A stretch of DNA of 64,000 nt from Octopus sinensis (Eukaryota). Location of the stretch: assembly GCF_006345805.1 (NCBI RefSeq), contig NC_043004.1, positions 12,090,001 to 12,154,000 of the forward strand, written 5' to 3'. A model generated the notes under the pieces. It saw only the letters and a program-made list of their open reading frames with translations, was not told the origin of the DNA and ran no database searches. A program made the translations under genes and the position numbers. Below, one piece after another: positions 38,665 to 52,472 of the stretch (its first letter is position 1; each line of letters opens with the position of its first letter).

Positions 38665-38780
38665 TCACTACAGCTGTTTCCATATACAATTAATTCAATT
38701 AGAGAAATTAAATTAAATTAAATTAAATTAATTAACAAATTGCATATTGAAACTGGTTAGTTGCGTATTTCATCAAGGGA
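38665..38780 (-). mobile_element. Degenerate hammerhead-like motif next to the gap
   Basis: Minus strand TCCC-TTGATGA...GAAAC-AGCT-GTA-GTGA with an (AATTT)n expansion in loop II. Confidence 0.4.
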
Positions 38781-38880
38781 NNNNNNNNNNNNNNNNNNNN
38801 NNNNNNNNNNNNNNNNNNNNNNNNNNNNNNNNNNNNNNNNNNNNNNNNNNNNNNNNNNNNNNNNNNNNNNNNNNNNNNNN
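38781..38880. other. Assembly gap (100 N)
   Basis: Seen directly. Confidence 1.
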
Positions 38881-39917
38881 TATGTGTATGTGTGTATGTA
38901 TGTGTCATATGTGTGTGTGTGTTTGTGTGGTTGTGTTGTGTTGTAAATATATATATACATTAAGCTAAACTGCCTGCAGGCTGTTGATGATATATAGATA
39001 ATATATATATATATATATATATTATTATATAAAAAATTTCAGTACATTATATATATATGATCTATAATTTATATATATATATATATACATACATACATAC
39101 ATACATACATACATTTCATGTACATTTGTATGTATATATATATATGTGCGTATGTGTGTACACGTGTGTGTTTGTGTACATGTGTATGTGTATATATATA
39201 TATATATATGCACACACACACACACATATACAAACACACACACACATACACACACACCTATAGAAAAGCATATGAATGTGTGTCTGTGCACACAAGTGTC
39301 ACCATACATTATAGCAGCTCACCCATTTGTCAGACGACATTCTCATGTTCTCACAACCCCACATTCTCACATTCTCCCATTCTCTCTCCTATGTACTTCA
39401 ATAATATGTTTATCTATTATCAGCAGTTATTTTGGGGTTATTTGCTTTAGTGTCGATCCGTCTGTTCAACAGTGTATTCTGTACAAACCATACATTCAGA
39501 CACAATATAATCAATTGATTATCACTTTACAGTCTTCGCACAGTTTGAAGTCACTACAGGTTTCCTAGTTTTTCGCTTTGTTACGTTCCTGATGCAATTC
39601 TTAGATTATAGATACACACTGATCACATTACATCTTTGAGGAAAATTCTTCACTTTGAGATTTTGAAACTGATATAATACTACTAACTGGTTACTGGTTC
39701 TAGGCATGGCTGTTTGCCTAAGAATTTTGCTGTTTTGAAATGGCACAGTTTTACGTTCAAGTTCCACTGCATAGCATTTATGGCATGGTTCTTATCATCT
39801 CTTAATGGCTATGTTTCCATGTTTGCATGGTTTTGGAGAAATTTGTTCAGGTAGATATTCTACAGCCTGGATGTCCCTCCTCTCACCAATCCTCACCTGT
39901 TTCCAAATAACTCTCTC

Positions 39918-40179
39918 TCTCTTACTCGTTTCAGTCGTTTGACTGGGGCCATGCTGGAGCACTGCCTTTCGTCGAGCAAATCGACCCCAGGACTTATTCT
40001 CTGGAATCCTAGTATTTATTCTATCGGTCTCTTTTGCCAAACTGCTAAGTTACGGGGACGTAAACACACCACCATCAGTTGTCAAGCGATGTTGGGGAGA
40101 CAAACACAGACACACAAACATACATTATATATATATAATATATATATATATACATACATATATGTATATATGTATAATA

Positions 40180-40219
<40 letters not shown>

Positions 40220-40989
40220 TACACATATATATATATATATATACACATATATTATAATATATATATACATTATATATACATATATATATATATATATATA
40301 ATATATATCAATCATCATTTAGCGTCCGCTTTCCATGCTGGCATGGGTATATCATCATCATCATCATTTAGCGTCCGTTCTCCATGTAGCATGAGGTTTG
40401 GAGTTCGGATGTGGAAGGTTGTGGATCGACGGTTCAACTGGGGTCTGTGAAGCTGGAAGGCTTCATCAGGCCCCAGTCAGATCTGGCAGTGTTTCTACGG
40501 CTGGATGCCCTTCCTATGCCAACCACTCCGTGGAGTGTAGTGGGTGCTTTTTACGTGCCACTGCACAGGTGCCAGACAGAGCTGGCAAACGGCCACGAAC
40601 GGATGGTGCTTTTACGTGCCACAAACACGGGGGCCAGACAGAGCTGGCAAACGGCCACGCAACGGATGGTTGCTTTTACGTGTCACCGGCACGGGGCCAG
40701 GCGAGGCTGGCAACGGACACGAACGGATGGTGCTTTTACGTGCCACCGACACGGGGGCCAGACAGGGCTGGCAAACGGCCACGAACGGATGGTGCTTTTA
40801 TGTGTCACCAGCACAGGGGCCAGGCGAGGCTGGCAACGGACACGAACGGATGGTGCTTTTACATGTCACCGACATGGGGGCCAGACAGGGCCGGCAAACG
40901 GACACGAACGGATGGTGCTTTTACATGTCACCGACATGGGGGCCAGACAGGCTGGCAAACGGCCACGTATATATATATATATATTATAC

Positions 40990-41024
<35 letters not shown>

Positions 41025-41220
41025 TATACATATATATTACATATATATACATATTTATGACAGGCTTGTTTCAGTTTCCATCTACCAAATCCACTCACAA
41101 GACTTTGGTCGGCCCGAGGCCTAGTGGAAGACACTTGCCCTAGGTGCCACTCAGTGGGAATGAACCTGGAACCATGTGGTTGGTAAGCAAGCTACTTACC
41201 ATACATCCACTCCTGCACCT
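39918..41220 (-). mobile_element. SINE family A split by a family C insertion in its internal (TA)n
   Basis: 3' module 39918-40110, 5' module 41055-41220, insert about 40303-40967. Confidence 0.85.
40303..40967 (-). mobile_element. Family C element with about 7 GC-rich 57-59-bp tandem units
   Basis: Tail 40303-40560; units CGGATGGTGCTTTTACGTGCCACCGACACGGGGGCCAGACAGGGCTGGCAAACGGCCACGAA. Confidence 0.88.
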
Positions 41221-41431
41221 GTAATATTTTCCTCTAGTTAGACATGCCTTTCACTGAAGACTGAAACGAAAACAACCTTATCCCTCCGACAACAACACTC
41301 ATTTACAACCATCATGTGATGTCTAGACAAGAGGGGACACACACACACATACAACATGAGGTTCTTTCAGTTTCCATCTACCAGTTTCACTCACAGAGCT
41401 TTAGTCAGTCTAAATGATAATAATGATAATC

Positions 41432-41860
41432 TTTATTATAGGCACAATACCTAAAATTTGGTGGAACAAGGTCTAGTCAATTAGTTCGACCCCAGTACAC
41501 TATTGGTACTTAATTTATCAACCCCAAAAGGATGAAAGGCAAAGTCCACCTCGGCAGAATTTGAACTCAGAACGTAGCTGCAGATGAAATACTGCTAAGC
41601 TTTTCACCTGGCGTGCTAATGATTCTGCCAGCTCAGATAATAATAATCCTTTCTACTAAAGGCACAAGACCTGAAATTTTGGGGGAGGGAACTTGTCAAT
41701 TACATCGACCCCAGATTTTAACTGGTGCTTAGTTTATTGACCCTGAAATGATGAAAGACAGAGTCAGCCTCGGCAGAATTTGAACTCAGAATGTGAAGAC
41801 GGAGGGGATACCACTAAGCATTTTTAACTGGTGTGCTAACAATTCTGCCAGTTTGCCACC

Positions 41861-41900
<40 letters not shown>

Positions 41901-42244
41901 GGCCATAGAACGAACTACTGAGTTTGGTTTAATGGCCTACCAATGTATACTATGAGTTTCTTTGCCCTAGGAGTCGGGAAGACACTCGGTAAGAAATGGA
42001 AGCAAATTTGAAAGAAGAAAAAAAAAAGTAATAATAATAATAATAATAATAATAATTATAATAATAATAATAATTATAATTATAATAATAATAATAATAA
42101 TAATAATGATTTTAAATTTTGGCTCAAGGCCACCAATTTCAGAGGAGGGGAACAGTAAGTCACATCAACCCCATTACTCAACTAGTTCTTATTTTATCAA
42201 CCTCGAGAGGATGAACAAAGACAACTACAGCAGATTTTATTTAA

Positions 42245-42284
<40 letters not shown>

Positions 42285-42509
42285 CACAATCCTTTCTGCA
42301 ATAGGCACAAGACCTGAAATTTTGGGGGTGGGGGTGGGGGACAAGTTGATTGCATTGATCCCAGTGTTTCACTGGTACTTAATTTATTGACCCCGAAAGG
42401 ATGAAAGGCAAAGTCGAACTCAGAGGAATTTGAACTCAGAATGTAGCGGCAGACGGAATACTGTTAAGCATTTAGCTTGGCATCCTAATGGTTCTGTCAG
42501 CTCACCACC

Positions 42510-42543
<34 letters not shown>

Positions 42544-42813
42544 CAACAATTGTAGTAGTAGTAGTAGTAGTAATAACGATACTACTAATGATAATAATTC
42601 TTTCTAATTTTGGTACAAGGCCAGGAATTTTGAGTGGAAGGATTACATTGATCCCCAGTGTTCAACTGGTGCTTATTTTACCAATCCTGAAAGACTGAAA
42701 AGTCAAAGACGACCTTGGTGAAATTTGAACTCAGAACATAAAAAATGAACCTGGAAGAAATGCCGCTAAGCATTTTTGCTGGGCTTAGTAATGATTCTGT
42801 CAGCTTGCTGCCC
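41432..42813 (-). mobile_element. Cluster of 5 co-oriented SINE B copies separated by (TAA)n
   Basis: 41432-41636, 41646-41860, 42105-42240, 42290-42510, 42600-42813. Confidence 0.9.
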
Positions 42814-43343
42814 CTAATAATAATAATAATGATGATGATGATGATGATGATGATAGTGATGGTGATGGTGATGGTGGTAGTGGTGGTGATGTTGATGGTG
42901 GTGGTGGTGGTGGTGGTGGTGATGGGGATGATGATGATGGTGATGGTGATGATGGATTTCTTTTGTTGGTTTCAAGGACTCAAGACCTTGGGGGATAGTA
43001 CAAAGGCAAAATACAAAAGGAAGCAACAAACAGGAAGTTGGGGGTGTGGGGAGGGGGGCGTAGGCCATTTATATCGCATAAAAGGGGAGAGACCCACAAA
43101 ACAATAAAGGCAGATAGTACACATCAACAACAACAACAATAACAACAACGAGATAACAATGCACAACAGATGCAGCATAGGAACACAATACTGCATCTCT
43201 CCCCATTAAACAATGTGCACAACACACTGCCGCTGCTGCCGCCACTACCACAGGAATATATATACGGAGGTGCATTTGGTGGTGCAGCAGGAACTTGCAT
43301 GAAACTGCTGAAAATAACATGAAGAGTTGGTATGCCCATTGGG

Positions 43344-43389
<46 letters not shown>

Positions 43390-43480
43390 ATGGGGAGGGG
43401 ATTGCTGCAGTTTGGTTTTTATTTTTTTCATCTCCTTGTATGGTCTTGTATAAGGCACTTTCTTTCCTTCTTTCTTTCCT

Positions 43481-43516
<36 letters not shown>

Positions 43517-44964
43517 TCCATCCATCTTTCTTTCATTCATTTTTCAGAACTATCAAAGACAATTGCTTTTCATTCAATATTTCTTCAATCACATACACAC
43601 ACACACTGACACACACACACTGACACACACAGACACACACAGACACACACACACAATCAAAAGAATATACACATATGTTGACATGACATATTCACACACA
43701 CTGATGCATATATCTATAAACACATATGCATAAAAAAAGTGTTCTTACACACACAGAGTTACACATTCATTAACACACACACACACACACACATACACAT
43801 GTATACACACATACATTCACATAGTCTCTTTCTTCCTGCATTCATTCACATGGATATTCATTCATACTCTCTCGTATTCACACACTCACACACATATTTA
43901 CATATAGCCACATACATACATACATGCACACATACCTATGTACATATATACATATATATTTGGTACATACCTTCACCATTAATACCACCAATATTGTCAC
44001 TACCACCACCACCATCACCGCTACCACCACCATCACCGCTACCACCACCATCACCACCAGTAGCATTATCACTACCATTACAACCACGACCACCACCACC
44101 CATTACTCTATAACCATTCTTTCTGAACACGCAATTGAAACACATCCACACACAAACGCACGTACACAGACACACACGTGTACACACACAAACGCATGCA
44201 CACAGACAGGCACACACATACACAGATGCAGACGCTTGTACACACACACACACACAGACACATGCGCACAAATGCATGAGCATACACACACACACACACA
44301 CAAATGGACATAAACACGCACACACACAGACACACACACACACATACAGAACTCTAGTTATAACTGGTGGCAATCTGTAAACATTTGTGAAGAGTGACAT
44401 AGAAGAGGGTGGTGGTGGGGGGTACATGGGGGTGGGAACGGGTTAGTAATGGTGGTGATGGTATGAGAGAGAAGGACAGGTGGAAGGGGATATAAGTTAG
44501 GGAATGATGGTGGTAGTGGTGGTGGTGGCAGTGGTGGTGGCGGTGGTGGTGGTGGTGGCAATACAATATGAGGGAAGACAGAGCAAGCAGTGAAAAAGAA
44601 TATGGAATAAGAGATTAGGAGAGGAACTCAGAGGTAATGAAATGAAGGTGGTGGTGGTGGTTGGTGGAGGCGGGGAAGAGAATATGTAAAGAGAGAAGAC
44701 AATGGAGCAAGTTTAAAAGAACAAAAGAAAGAAAGGAAGAAAAAACAATAAAAAGAAACAAAAAAAATGCTAGTAAATTATTGATGAAGGAAAAGAAAAT
44801 TGTAGGAAGAAAAAAAAAACTATTATAATAATTTGTTCTTTGTTACCCACCAGGGCCTATACAGGCAACACAGAATGTCCTTTCAAAAGGACTTACAGAA
44901 TATGTGAGAATATATGCGTGCACACACTCACGTACACACACATACATACATAAACATGGATTTA

Positions 44965-45260
44965 CGTACACGTACAAGTGGTTGTGTGGTTAAGAAGCTT
45001 GTCTCCTGATCATGTGATTTCAGGTTCAGTTTTACTGCATGTCACCTTGGGCAAATGTCTTCTACTATAAACCCCAAGCTGGCTGGCTGATCAAAGCCTT
45101 GAAAGTAGATTTGTTGGATGGATCCTCAAGGAAGCTTGTGATATGCCTCTATGTGTGTGTTGGTGGGGGACACACATCATTTCTGTATGTGTATGACCTT
45201 GTCTATACATTGTAATCGAGTGTCATCGTCATACAAGCGATGTTGTTCATTTCCAGTAAT
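44965..45260 (+). mobile_element. SINE family A, diverged
   Basis: AGTGGTTGTGTGGTTAAGAAGC...CCTTGGGCAAATGTCTTCTACTATA. Confidence 0.7.
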
Positions 45261-45264
45261 CCCT

Positions 45265-45521
45265 GGAAAACAATGCTGGCATGGGTTGGACGGTTCGGCT
45301 GAGGACTGGCAAGCTGGAAGGCTGCACCAGGCTCCAATCTGATTGGGCAAGGTTCCTTCAGCTGAATGTCCTTCCTTACACTAACCATACCGAGAGTCTA
45401 GTGGGTGCTTTTTACATGCCACTGGCACAGGAGCCAGTCAGGTGGCACTGGCACTGACCACATATCAACGGTGCTTTTTATGTGCCACCGGCACGTAAAA
45501 CATACCATGCATATAAATATA

Positions 45522-45563
<42 letters not shown>

Positions 45564-45812
45564 AGACGCAAAAAGCACCATCCGACCGTGGCCGTTTGCC
45601 AGCCTCGTCTGGCACCTGTGCCGGTGGCACGTAAAAAGCACCCACTACACCCATGGAGTGGTTGGCGTTAGGAAGGGCATCCAGCCGTAGAAACATTGCC
45701 AGATCAGACTGGGCCTGGTGCAGCTTTCTGGCTTCCCAGACCCCAGTTGCACCTTCCAACCCATGCCAGCATGGAAAGCAGACACTAAACGATGATGATG
45801 ATGATGATGATA
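45265..45812. mobile_element. Two divergent family C elements (- 45265-45500, + 45567-45812) around (TG)n
   Basis: Both carry the tail and GCACGTAAAAAGCACC motifs in opposite orientation. Confidence 0.85.
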
Positions 45813-46142
45813 CATATGCATAAAGGTGACTCAGAAACCTTTTTGCTATCATCTGTTCCCGAGAGGGTTGTTTGGGGCTACAGTCCTCAGGCATCACCCC
45901 CATAGTGCCCTGTCAGAAGTAACCACCATTAAACAAATGAAATGAAGAGTTCCCCCTGCCCCTCCCAAAAGAGGTAACGAGATGAAATTATATAGCTACA
46001 TCAACAACATCAAGAACAATGGTTATGAATGTTTCTAATATAAGTGCTACATGAGAAATTTAGGGTAGTGTGGTGGTTAATTGATTAAGTCAACCCCCAG
46101 TACTTGACTAATATTATTAATAAATAAATAAATAAATGCCAC

Positions 46143-46810
46143 GATAAACAGTAACATAAAATAGCTGGAATGGCTGTGTGGTAAGAAGCTTGCTTCCCAA
46201 CCACATGGTTCTGGGTTCAGTCCCACTGCGTGGCACCTTGGGCAAGTGTCTTCTACTATAGCCTTGGGCTGACCAAAGCCTTGTGAGTGGATTTGGTAGA
46301 CAGAAACTGAAAGACGGCGAGCTGGCAGAAACGTTAGCACGCCGGGTGAAATGCTTTGTGGTATTTCATCCGATGCTGCGTTCTGAGTTCAAATCTCGCT
46401 GAGGTCAACTTTGCCTTTCATCCCTTCGGGGTCGATTAATTAAGTACCAGTTACGCACTGGGGTGAATGTAATCAACTTAATCTTTTTGTCTGTCCTTGT
46501 TGGTCCCCTCTATGGTTAGCCCCTTGTGGGCAATAAAGAAACTGAAAGAAGCCCATCGTATATATATATATTTATGTGTGTGTGTGAGCATGAGTCTGTG
46601 TCTGCGTTTGCCCCCACCACCCACCATCGCTTAACAACCAATGTTGGTGTGTTTACATCACCTTAACTTAAGTGGTTCGGCAAAAAGAGACCGATAGTAT
46701 AAGTACTTGGCTTACAAAGGAATAAGACCTGGTGACGATTTGTTCAACTAAAGGCAGTGCTCCAGCATGGACACTGTCAAAATAACTGAAACTCATAAAA
46801 GAATAAAATA
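46143..46810 (+). mobile_element. SINE family A with nested SINE B (46315-46536)
   Basis: 13-bp TSD AGAAACTGAAAGA at 46302-46314 and 46537-46549. Confidence 0.92.
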
Positions 46811-47423
46811 ATATAATGTTACACAGTCAATATCTACAATATTTATTGACTGTTAGTAAAAATTATTAGTAAAAATGTATTGTAGGAACATGTAAACAGA
46901 TTTCAATATTCCGTCAACATATTGGCATCTATTGGCTAAGTACAAAGTCCTCTAGCTTTGTCTAATATATTGATGCCAATCAGAGCAAGGTCTTGTCTGC
47001 TGCTTGGAACATATTAAATATAGAATTCTTACCACTTCAGCCTTCATTTTCTCTCATTTTCTTTCTATCCAATTTGCCATTATATATATTCTGCACTATC
47101 TATCGTTATCTATCCTATCTTTATTTATATAATATATATTCAGTGTGTATGTGTGTGTGTGTCTATGGGGTTTCTTTGTTGCAAATTCTTGCATTGTGTT
47201 TCCCTGTTTGTCCATTCTTTAATCATATCTCTTTCTTGCTATCTCTATTTTTGTCAGCCTGTGTCCACCTCTGTCTCTCTCTCTACATATATACTTATAT
47301 ATATATCTATATACTTACACACACACACACATATATATATATACTTAGATACATATATATGAATACACACACACATATCTGTAATTTTCAGTTTGTTTGT
47401 GGGTTACTTATTGTATGTCCCAG

Positions 47424-47438
47424 ACAACAGGAAATATA
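47424..47438 (+). other. Candidate 15-nt micro-exon
   Basis: cttattgtatgtcccag|ACAACAGGAAATATA|gtaagt; no transcript evidence. Confidence 0.2.
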
Positions 47439-47611
47439 GTAAGTACCCAAAAACCTCACCGTACCTAAAGAACCTAAATACACTCCTTTCACCTCAGTCT
47501 GCTAGTCAGCCATTGAAACACACACACATGCACAAATTCTTCCTCTCTCTCGCTGTACATATACATACATATATACATGCATACATACACACATATGAGT
47601 CTGTATCTTAA

Positions 47612-47662
<51 letters not shown>

Positions 47663-48132
47663 ATGTGTGTTTTTACATAATTACATACATATGTATACAT
47701 ACATCCATGTGTGTCTGTCTAATTAATAAGCTAATACTTAACAATTATATAAATTAAAACATCAGGTAAACTGACATTTGTATATTTTCTTAAATATTTT
47801 TTAGTCTTGCTGTGAAAAAGTATACATCATAGTTAAACCACTGGCTTTTCTTCCTACAACCAGAAATAAAAGAAAACATTGATTTCACCAGATTCAACAT
47901 AATATACACTTTGTCGGAGACTAGTTCCTCATTCCTGACCACTTACAAAATGGTAGTTTCTGGCTATAATTTGCTAGATGTAATTATAAGTCTGTCTTCT
48001 CTCTATAGACAGATAATGAGCAAAAGATCTCTGATGAAGCATAAACGCATGTTGAAACTGGCAAAGACAGTCTTTTTTTTTCTAGCTGTTTTATAGATGT
48101 GTGTGTGAGTGTGTGTGCTAGCTGTTTTATAG

Positions 48133-48167
<35 letters not shown>

Positions 48168-48336
48168 TGTGTGTGCAGAGAGAGAGAAAGAGAGAAGTGG
48201 GATTAAGAATGAACAGAGAGCCACAAAACAAGAATTTAAACTATGGGTTAACCATGGTATCTCCTTCTTCTCAGCAAGGCTAAAAATGTATGTTTGTTAT
48301 TACTGTATTCATAAGTTTACCTTTTGCTACCCTATT

Positions 48337-48640
48337 GGTGTTGGTGTTACATAAAAATCACTGGTGCCATGTAAAATGTGCTGGTGCTGGTACCACATAA
48401 AAAAGTATTACTGCTGGAGCCACATAAAAAGTTCTGGTGATAGTGTCATATAAAAAGCACTGGTGCTGGTTCCATGTGAAAAGCTCTGGTACTGGTCTCA
48501 CATAAAAAGCACTGGTGCCGCTACCACATAAAAAGCTCTAGTGCTGGTGCCACATGAAAAGCTCTGGTACTGGTACCACATAAAAGGCACTGGTGTTGGT
48601 GCCACATAAAAAGCACTAGTGCTGGTGCCACAGGAAAAGC
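48337..48640. repeat. ~26-bp minisatellite (CCACATAAAAAGCACTGGTGCTGGTG), about 11 degenerate units, joined to a SINE A 3' end
   Basis: Seen directly. Confidence 0.88.
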
Positions 48641-48924
48641 CACAGTCAAATGACTGAAACAAGTAAAACAGTAAAAGAGTATATGTATGTATATATGTAT
48701 ATATATGTGTATATATATGTATGTATATGTATGTATGCATGTGTATGTATGTATATATATATATACATATAGGTATGTGTGTATACCTTCTTATCAAACT
48801 ATACACCTCACTTCTCTCTCTCTCTACAAAACACTTACTCACTGAGAGAAGAGCCTTTACATGGTCGCTCATCCTGCAAGAAATAACAGCTAAATCTCCC
48901 TCAAATTACTTATTTAAAAAGTAG

Positions 48925-49300
48925 ACATGGATATGGTTGTGTGGTTAAGGAGTTTTCTTTGCAACCATGTGATTTTGGATTCAGTCTCACCTTGGAGCAA
49001 GTGTCTTCTACTCTATGCATGGACTGAACTATGACATGTGAGTGAATTTGGTAGATAGAAACTGTGTGGAAGCCTCCCGTGTATGTGTGTATTTGTATTT
49101 GTGTCCCCACCATTGCTTGATATAAACAGACCAACATCAGTGTTGGTTTGTTTACATCCCTATAACTTTTGAGATTTAGCAAAAAGCGACTTCTATAGTA
49201 AGTACCAGACTTTGAAAATAAGTCCTGGGGTCAGTTTGTTCAACTGAACCCTTCAAAGTGGATCACAGCCAGAATGACTGCTATCCAATGACTGAAACCC
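48925..49300 (+). mobile_element. SINE family A, diverged, both modules
   Basis: GGATATGGTTGTGTGGTTAAG...ATAAGTCCTGGGGTC...AATGACTGAAAC. Confidence 0.75.
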
Positions 49301-49707
49301 GGTAAATGTTAAACGATAAATGATAGGGGTCTGTTTGATCCTGGGTTCTTTGCACATCAAGCAAAATACAAAAACGATAATTACTGCTGGAATATCTTTG
49401 ATCATAGGTCTGCTCTTTCGGTAATTTTCTGGGGCTTCAAGAACAGCCATATCACTATATTTCCCCTTCCCAACTCAATTATGCTGCTCCACCGCACCCA
49501 TTCTGCCCATACTCAGACACACACCAGTTATTTCCATACCGTTCCAATCCATTCCAACAGAAAGAGCCACACCTATGCTGTTGCCCCAGTTTTGTGTCAA
49601 AAACAAAAAATCAATACTCAATAATATTGATTGATATTTGTAGCTGAGATTTAAATCTCTTTTATTTCTTTCTCTTCTCCTTTCTGCTCTCTCTTTAACT
49701 CTATTTT

Positions 49708-49752
<45 letters not shown>

Positions 49753-50439
49753 ATCTATCTTTCTCTTTATATCTCTCTTTTTCTCTCTCTATCTCTCCCC
49801 TTTAGTTCTCACTTTCTCTCTAGCTCTCTCTTTCTCTCCCTAGCTCTCTAGCACACTCAATCTCTCTCTAAGCTGTCTCTTTCTTCTAGCTCCTTCTCTC
49901 TCCCTTCTATCTCTCTCTCTCCCTCTCTCTTCCTCTACCTATCAATCCCTCTATCCTCATTTCTTTTTCACATTGTCATATTCTTAAGGTGTGATATCTA
50001 TGCTAACAACATTTACCACTACCACCACCACCACCACCACTACCACTACTACTACTACTATTGCTGCTGCTGCTGTTGTTGCTAAAAAGGTTTCTACATA
50101 GTTGCTCAACCTGCTAGAAATAGCAACAAAATCTCTCTCAAATTGCAACCTGATATCTTAAACTGAAGAACATGTACGATGTGATCCTGGATCCACTACA
50201 CATGGAAATAGGACAGGATGGCCACAATTAGAATGCCTTTATTAACATGACTGTTCAGCTATGACTAACTGGGAAGACGAAGCAGAAATAGGATACGAGG
50301 TCTCAGATTTAAAAGAATGATAGAAGTCATTGAATTAATCCCACAGCCCCAAGAGGATAAAATGTAAAGTCAACCTTGGCTGTATTTGAACTCTGGACTT
50401 ACAGATGCATGAAATACAACAATTCTGCCAGTTCGCTGC

Positions 50440-50640
50440 TTTCTTTTACTTGTTTCAGTCAATTGACTGTGACCATGCTGGAACACCATCTTTAGACAAA
50501 CAAATCGACCCCAGGACTTACTCTTTGCAAGCCTAGTACTTATTCTATCGGTCTCTTTTTGCCAAACCACTAAGTTACGGGGACATAAACAAACCAACAT
50601 TGGTTGTGAAGTGATGGTAGGGAGACAAACACAGACACAC
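50440..50640 (-). mobile_element. SINE family A 3' module, preceded by a SINE B fragment (50340-50440)
   Basis: TTTTACTTGTTTCAGTC...GACAAACACAGACAC. Confidence 0.85.
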
Positions 50641-51179
50641 ACACAAATATATTACACTACCCACTACTGCCCTCCTGTCCTTCAATGTGACCATAGTTCA
50701 GCTAAGCCTGACCTTTCTTTCTTGGTTCAACTACCATCCGTGTAGCATCTCCTGTATTTCTTCCCATGACATTCATCTTCTATGTTCCTGCCGTAAGGCT
50801 TCACTTCTACACATACCAGCTTACTTTAATTCATCCTTAGTCAAAACACACCTGTGGTTAATGTCCTGTTGTTTATATTTGTATTTGTGTACCATTTCTC
50901 CATTTTTTTCATCCTTGTTTTTGTATACATTCGCTTGCTTTCTTCCAAAGAATCTAGTGCTCTTAGCTTAGATTTTCTTTGGGCCGGCCAGATTAGAGCA
51001 GTCTCGAGATTAACTGGCTGAAACTGCAATGACGATCTGCTTCTCAACCGATGACTGAAAGCACCAAATGACCCATCCTTGTTTTTTCCAGTCCGTTTTT
51101 GTATCATCTAACAATCTGAATGTTTTGTTGTGGCCTGTTATATTGTTATATTTTTTGTTTTGATTTTATATATATATAT

Positions 51180-51320
51180 ATACGATGGGCTTCTTTCAGT
51201 TTCCATCTAAAAAATCCACTCACAAGGCTTTGATCAGCCCAAGGTGCCACGTAGTGGAACCGAAACCAGAACCACATGGTTGGGAAGCAAGCTTCTAACC
51301 ATACAGCCACTCCTGTGCCT
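51180..51320 (-). mobile_element. SINE family A 5' module
   Basis: ACGATGGGCTTCTTTCAG...CAGCCACTCCTGTGCC. Confidence 0.85.
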
Positions 51321-51344
51321 ATAATAATAATGATGATTACGATT

Positions 51345-51948
51345 TCAAATTTTGTCACAAGGCCAGCAGTTTCGGGTTAAGAGTAAGTTGATTACATTGA
51401 CCCTAGTACTCAGCTGGTACTTTACTTTATCAACCTTGAAAGGATGAAAGGCAAAGTCGACCCCAGCAGAATGTGAACTCAATAATAATGATAATGATGA
51501 TGATAATAATAATAATAATAATAATAATTACAATAATCCTTTCTACTGAAGGCACAAGGCCAGAAATTTTAGGGGAGGGGGCTAGTTGATAACATCAACC
51601 CCAGTGTGTCACTGGTACCTAATTTATTGACCCTGGAAGGATAAAAGGCAAAGTCGACCTCGGCGGAATTTGAACTCAGAACATTAAGACAGATGAAATG
51701 CTGCTAAGCATTTTGTCCAGCATGTTAGCCATTCTGCCAATTGAAATTAATTTCAAATTTTGGAACAAAGCCAGCCAGTCCGGCGGTGGGCGAGGGGGGG
51801 GGGTCAAGTTCATTACATTGGACCCCAGTATTCTACTGGTACTTATTTTATCGACCCCATAAGGATGAAAGGCAAAGTCAAACTTGGTGGGATTTGAACT
51901 CAAAACATAAAGGCAAATGAAGTACCACTAAACATTTTGCCCAGCATG

Positions 51949-51983
<35 letters not shown>

Positions 51984-52417
51984 CCTTTCTCCTAAAGGCA
52001 CAAGGCCTGAAATTTTGGGGAAGGGACTAGTTGATTTCATTGATCCCAGCATTTCACTGGTACTTAATTTATCAATCCTGTAAAGATAAAAGGCAAAATT
52101 GACCTCGGTGGAATTTGAACTCAGAATGGAGCATTTCGTCCAGCATGCTAACGATTTTGCCAGCTTGTTGACTTGATAGTAATAATAATAATACTGATAA
52201 TGATGCTTTCTACTAAAGACACAAGGTCTGAAATTTTGTGGGAGGGGACTAGTCGATTACATTGACCCCAGTATTTCACTGGTACTTAATTTATCAGCCC
52301 CAAAAGGGTGAAGGGCAAAGTCGACCTTGGCAGAATTTGAACTCAGAACGTTAAAAACAGTCAAAATACTGCTAAGCATTTCACCCAGTGTGCTAACAAT
52401 TCTGCCAGCTCACTGCT

Positions 52418-52472
<55 letters not shown>

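Noticed and set aside
40398-41143. About 200-aa repetitive ORFs, and CRISPR-like or HDV-ribozyme-like appearance of the array
   Set aside because: The ORFs are read-through of a tandem repeat; there are no unique spacers or cas genes in this eukaryotic DNA; the hairpin lacks the P1/P1.1 pairing of HDV-like ribozymes.
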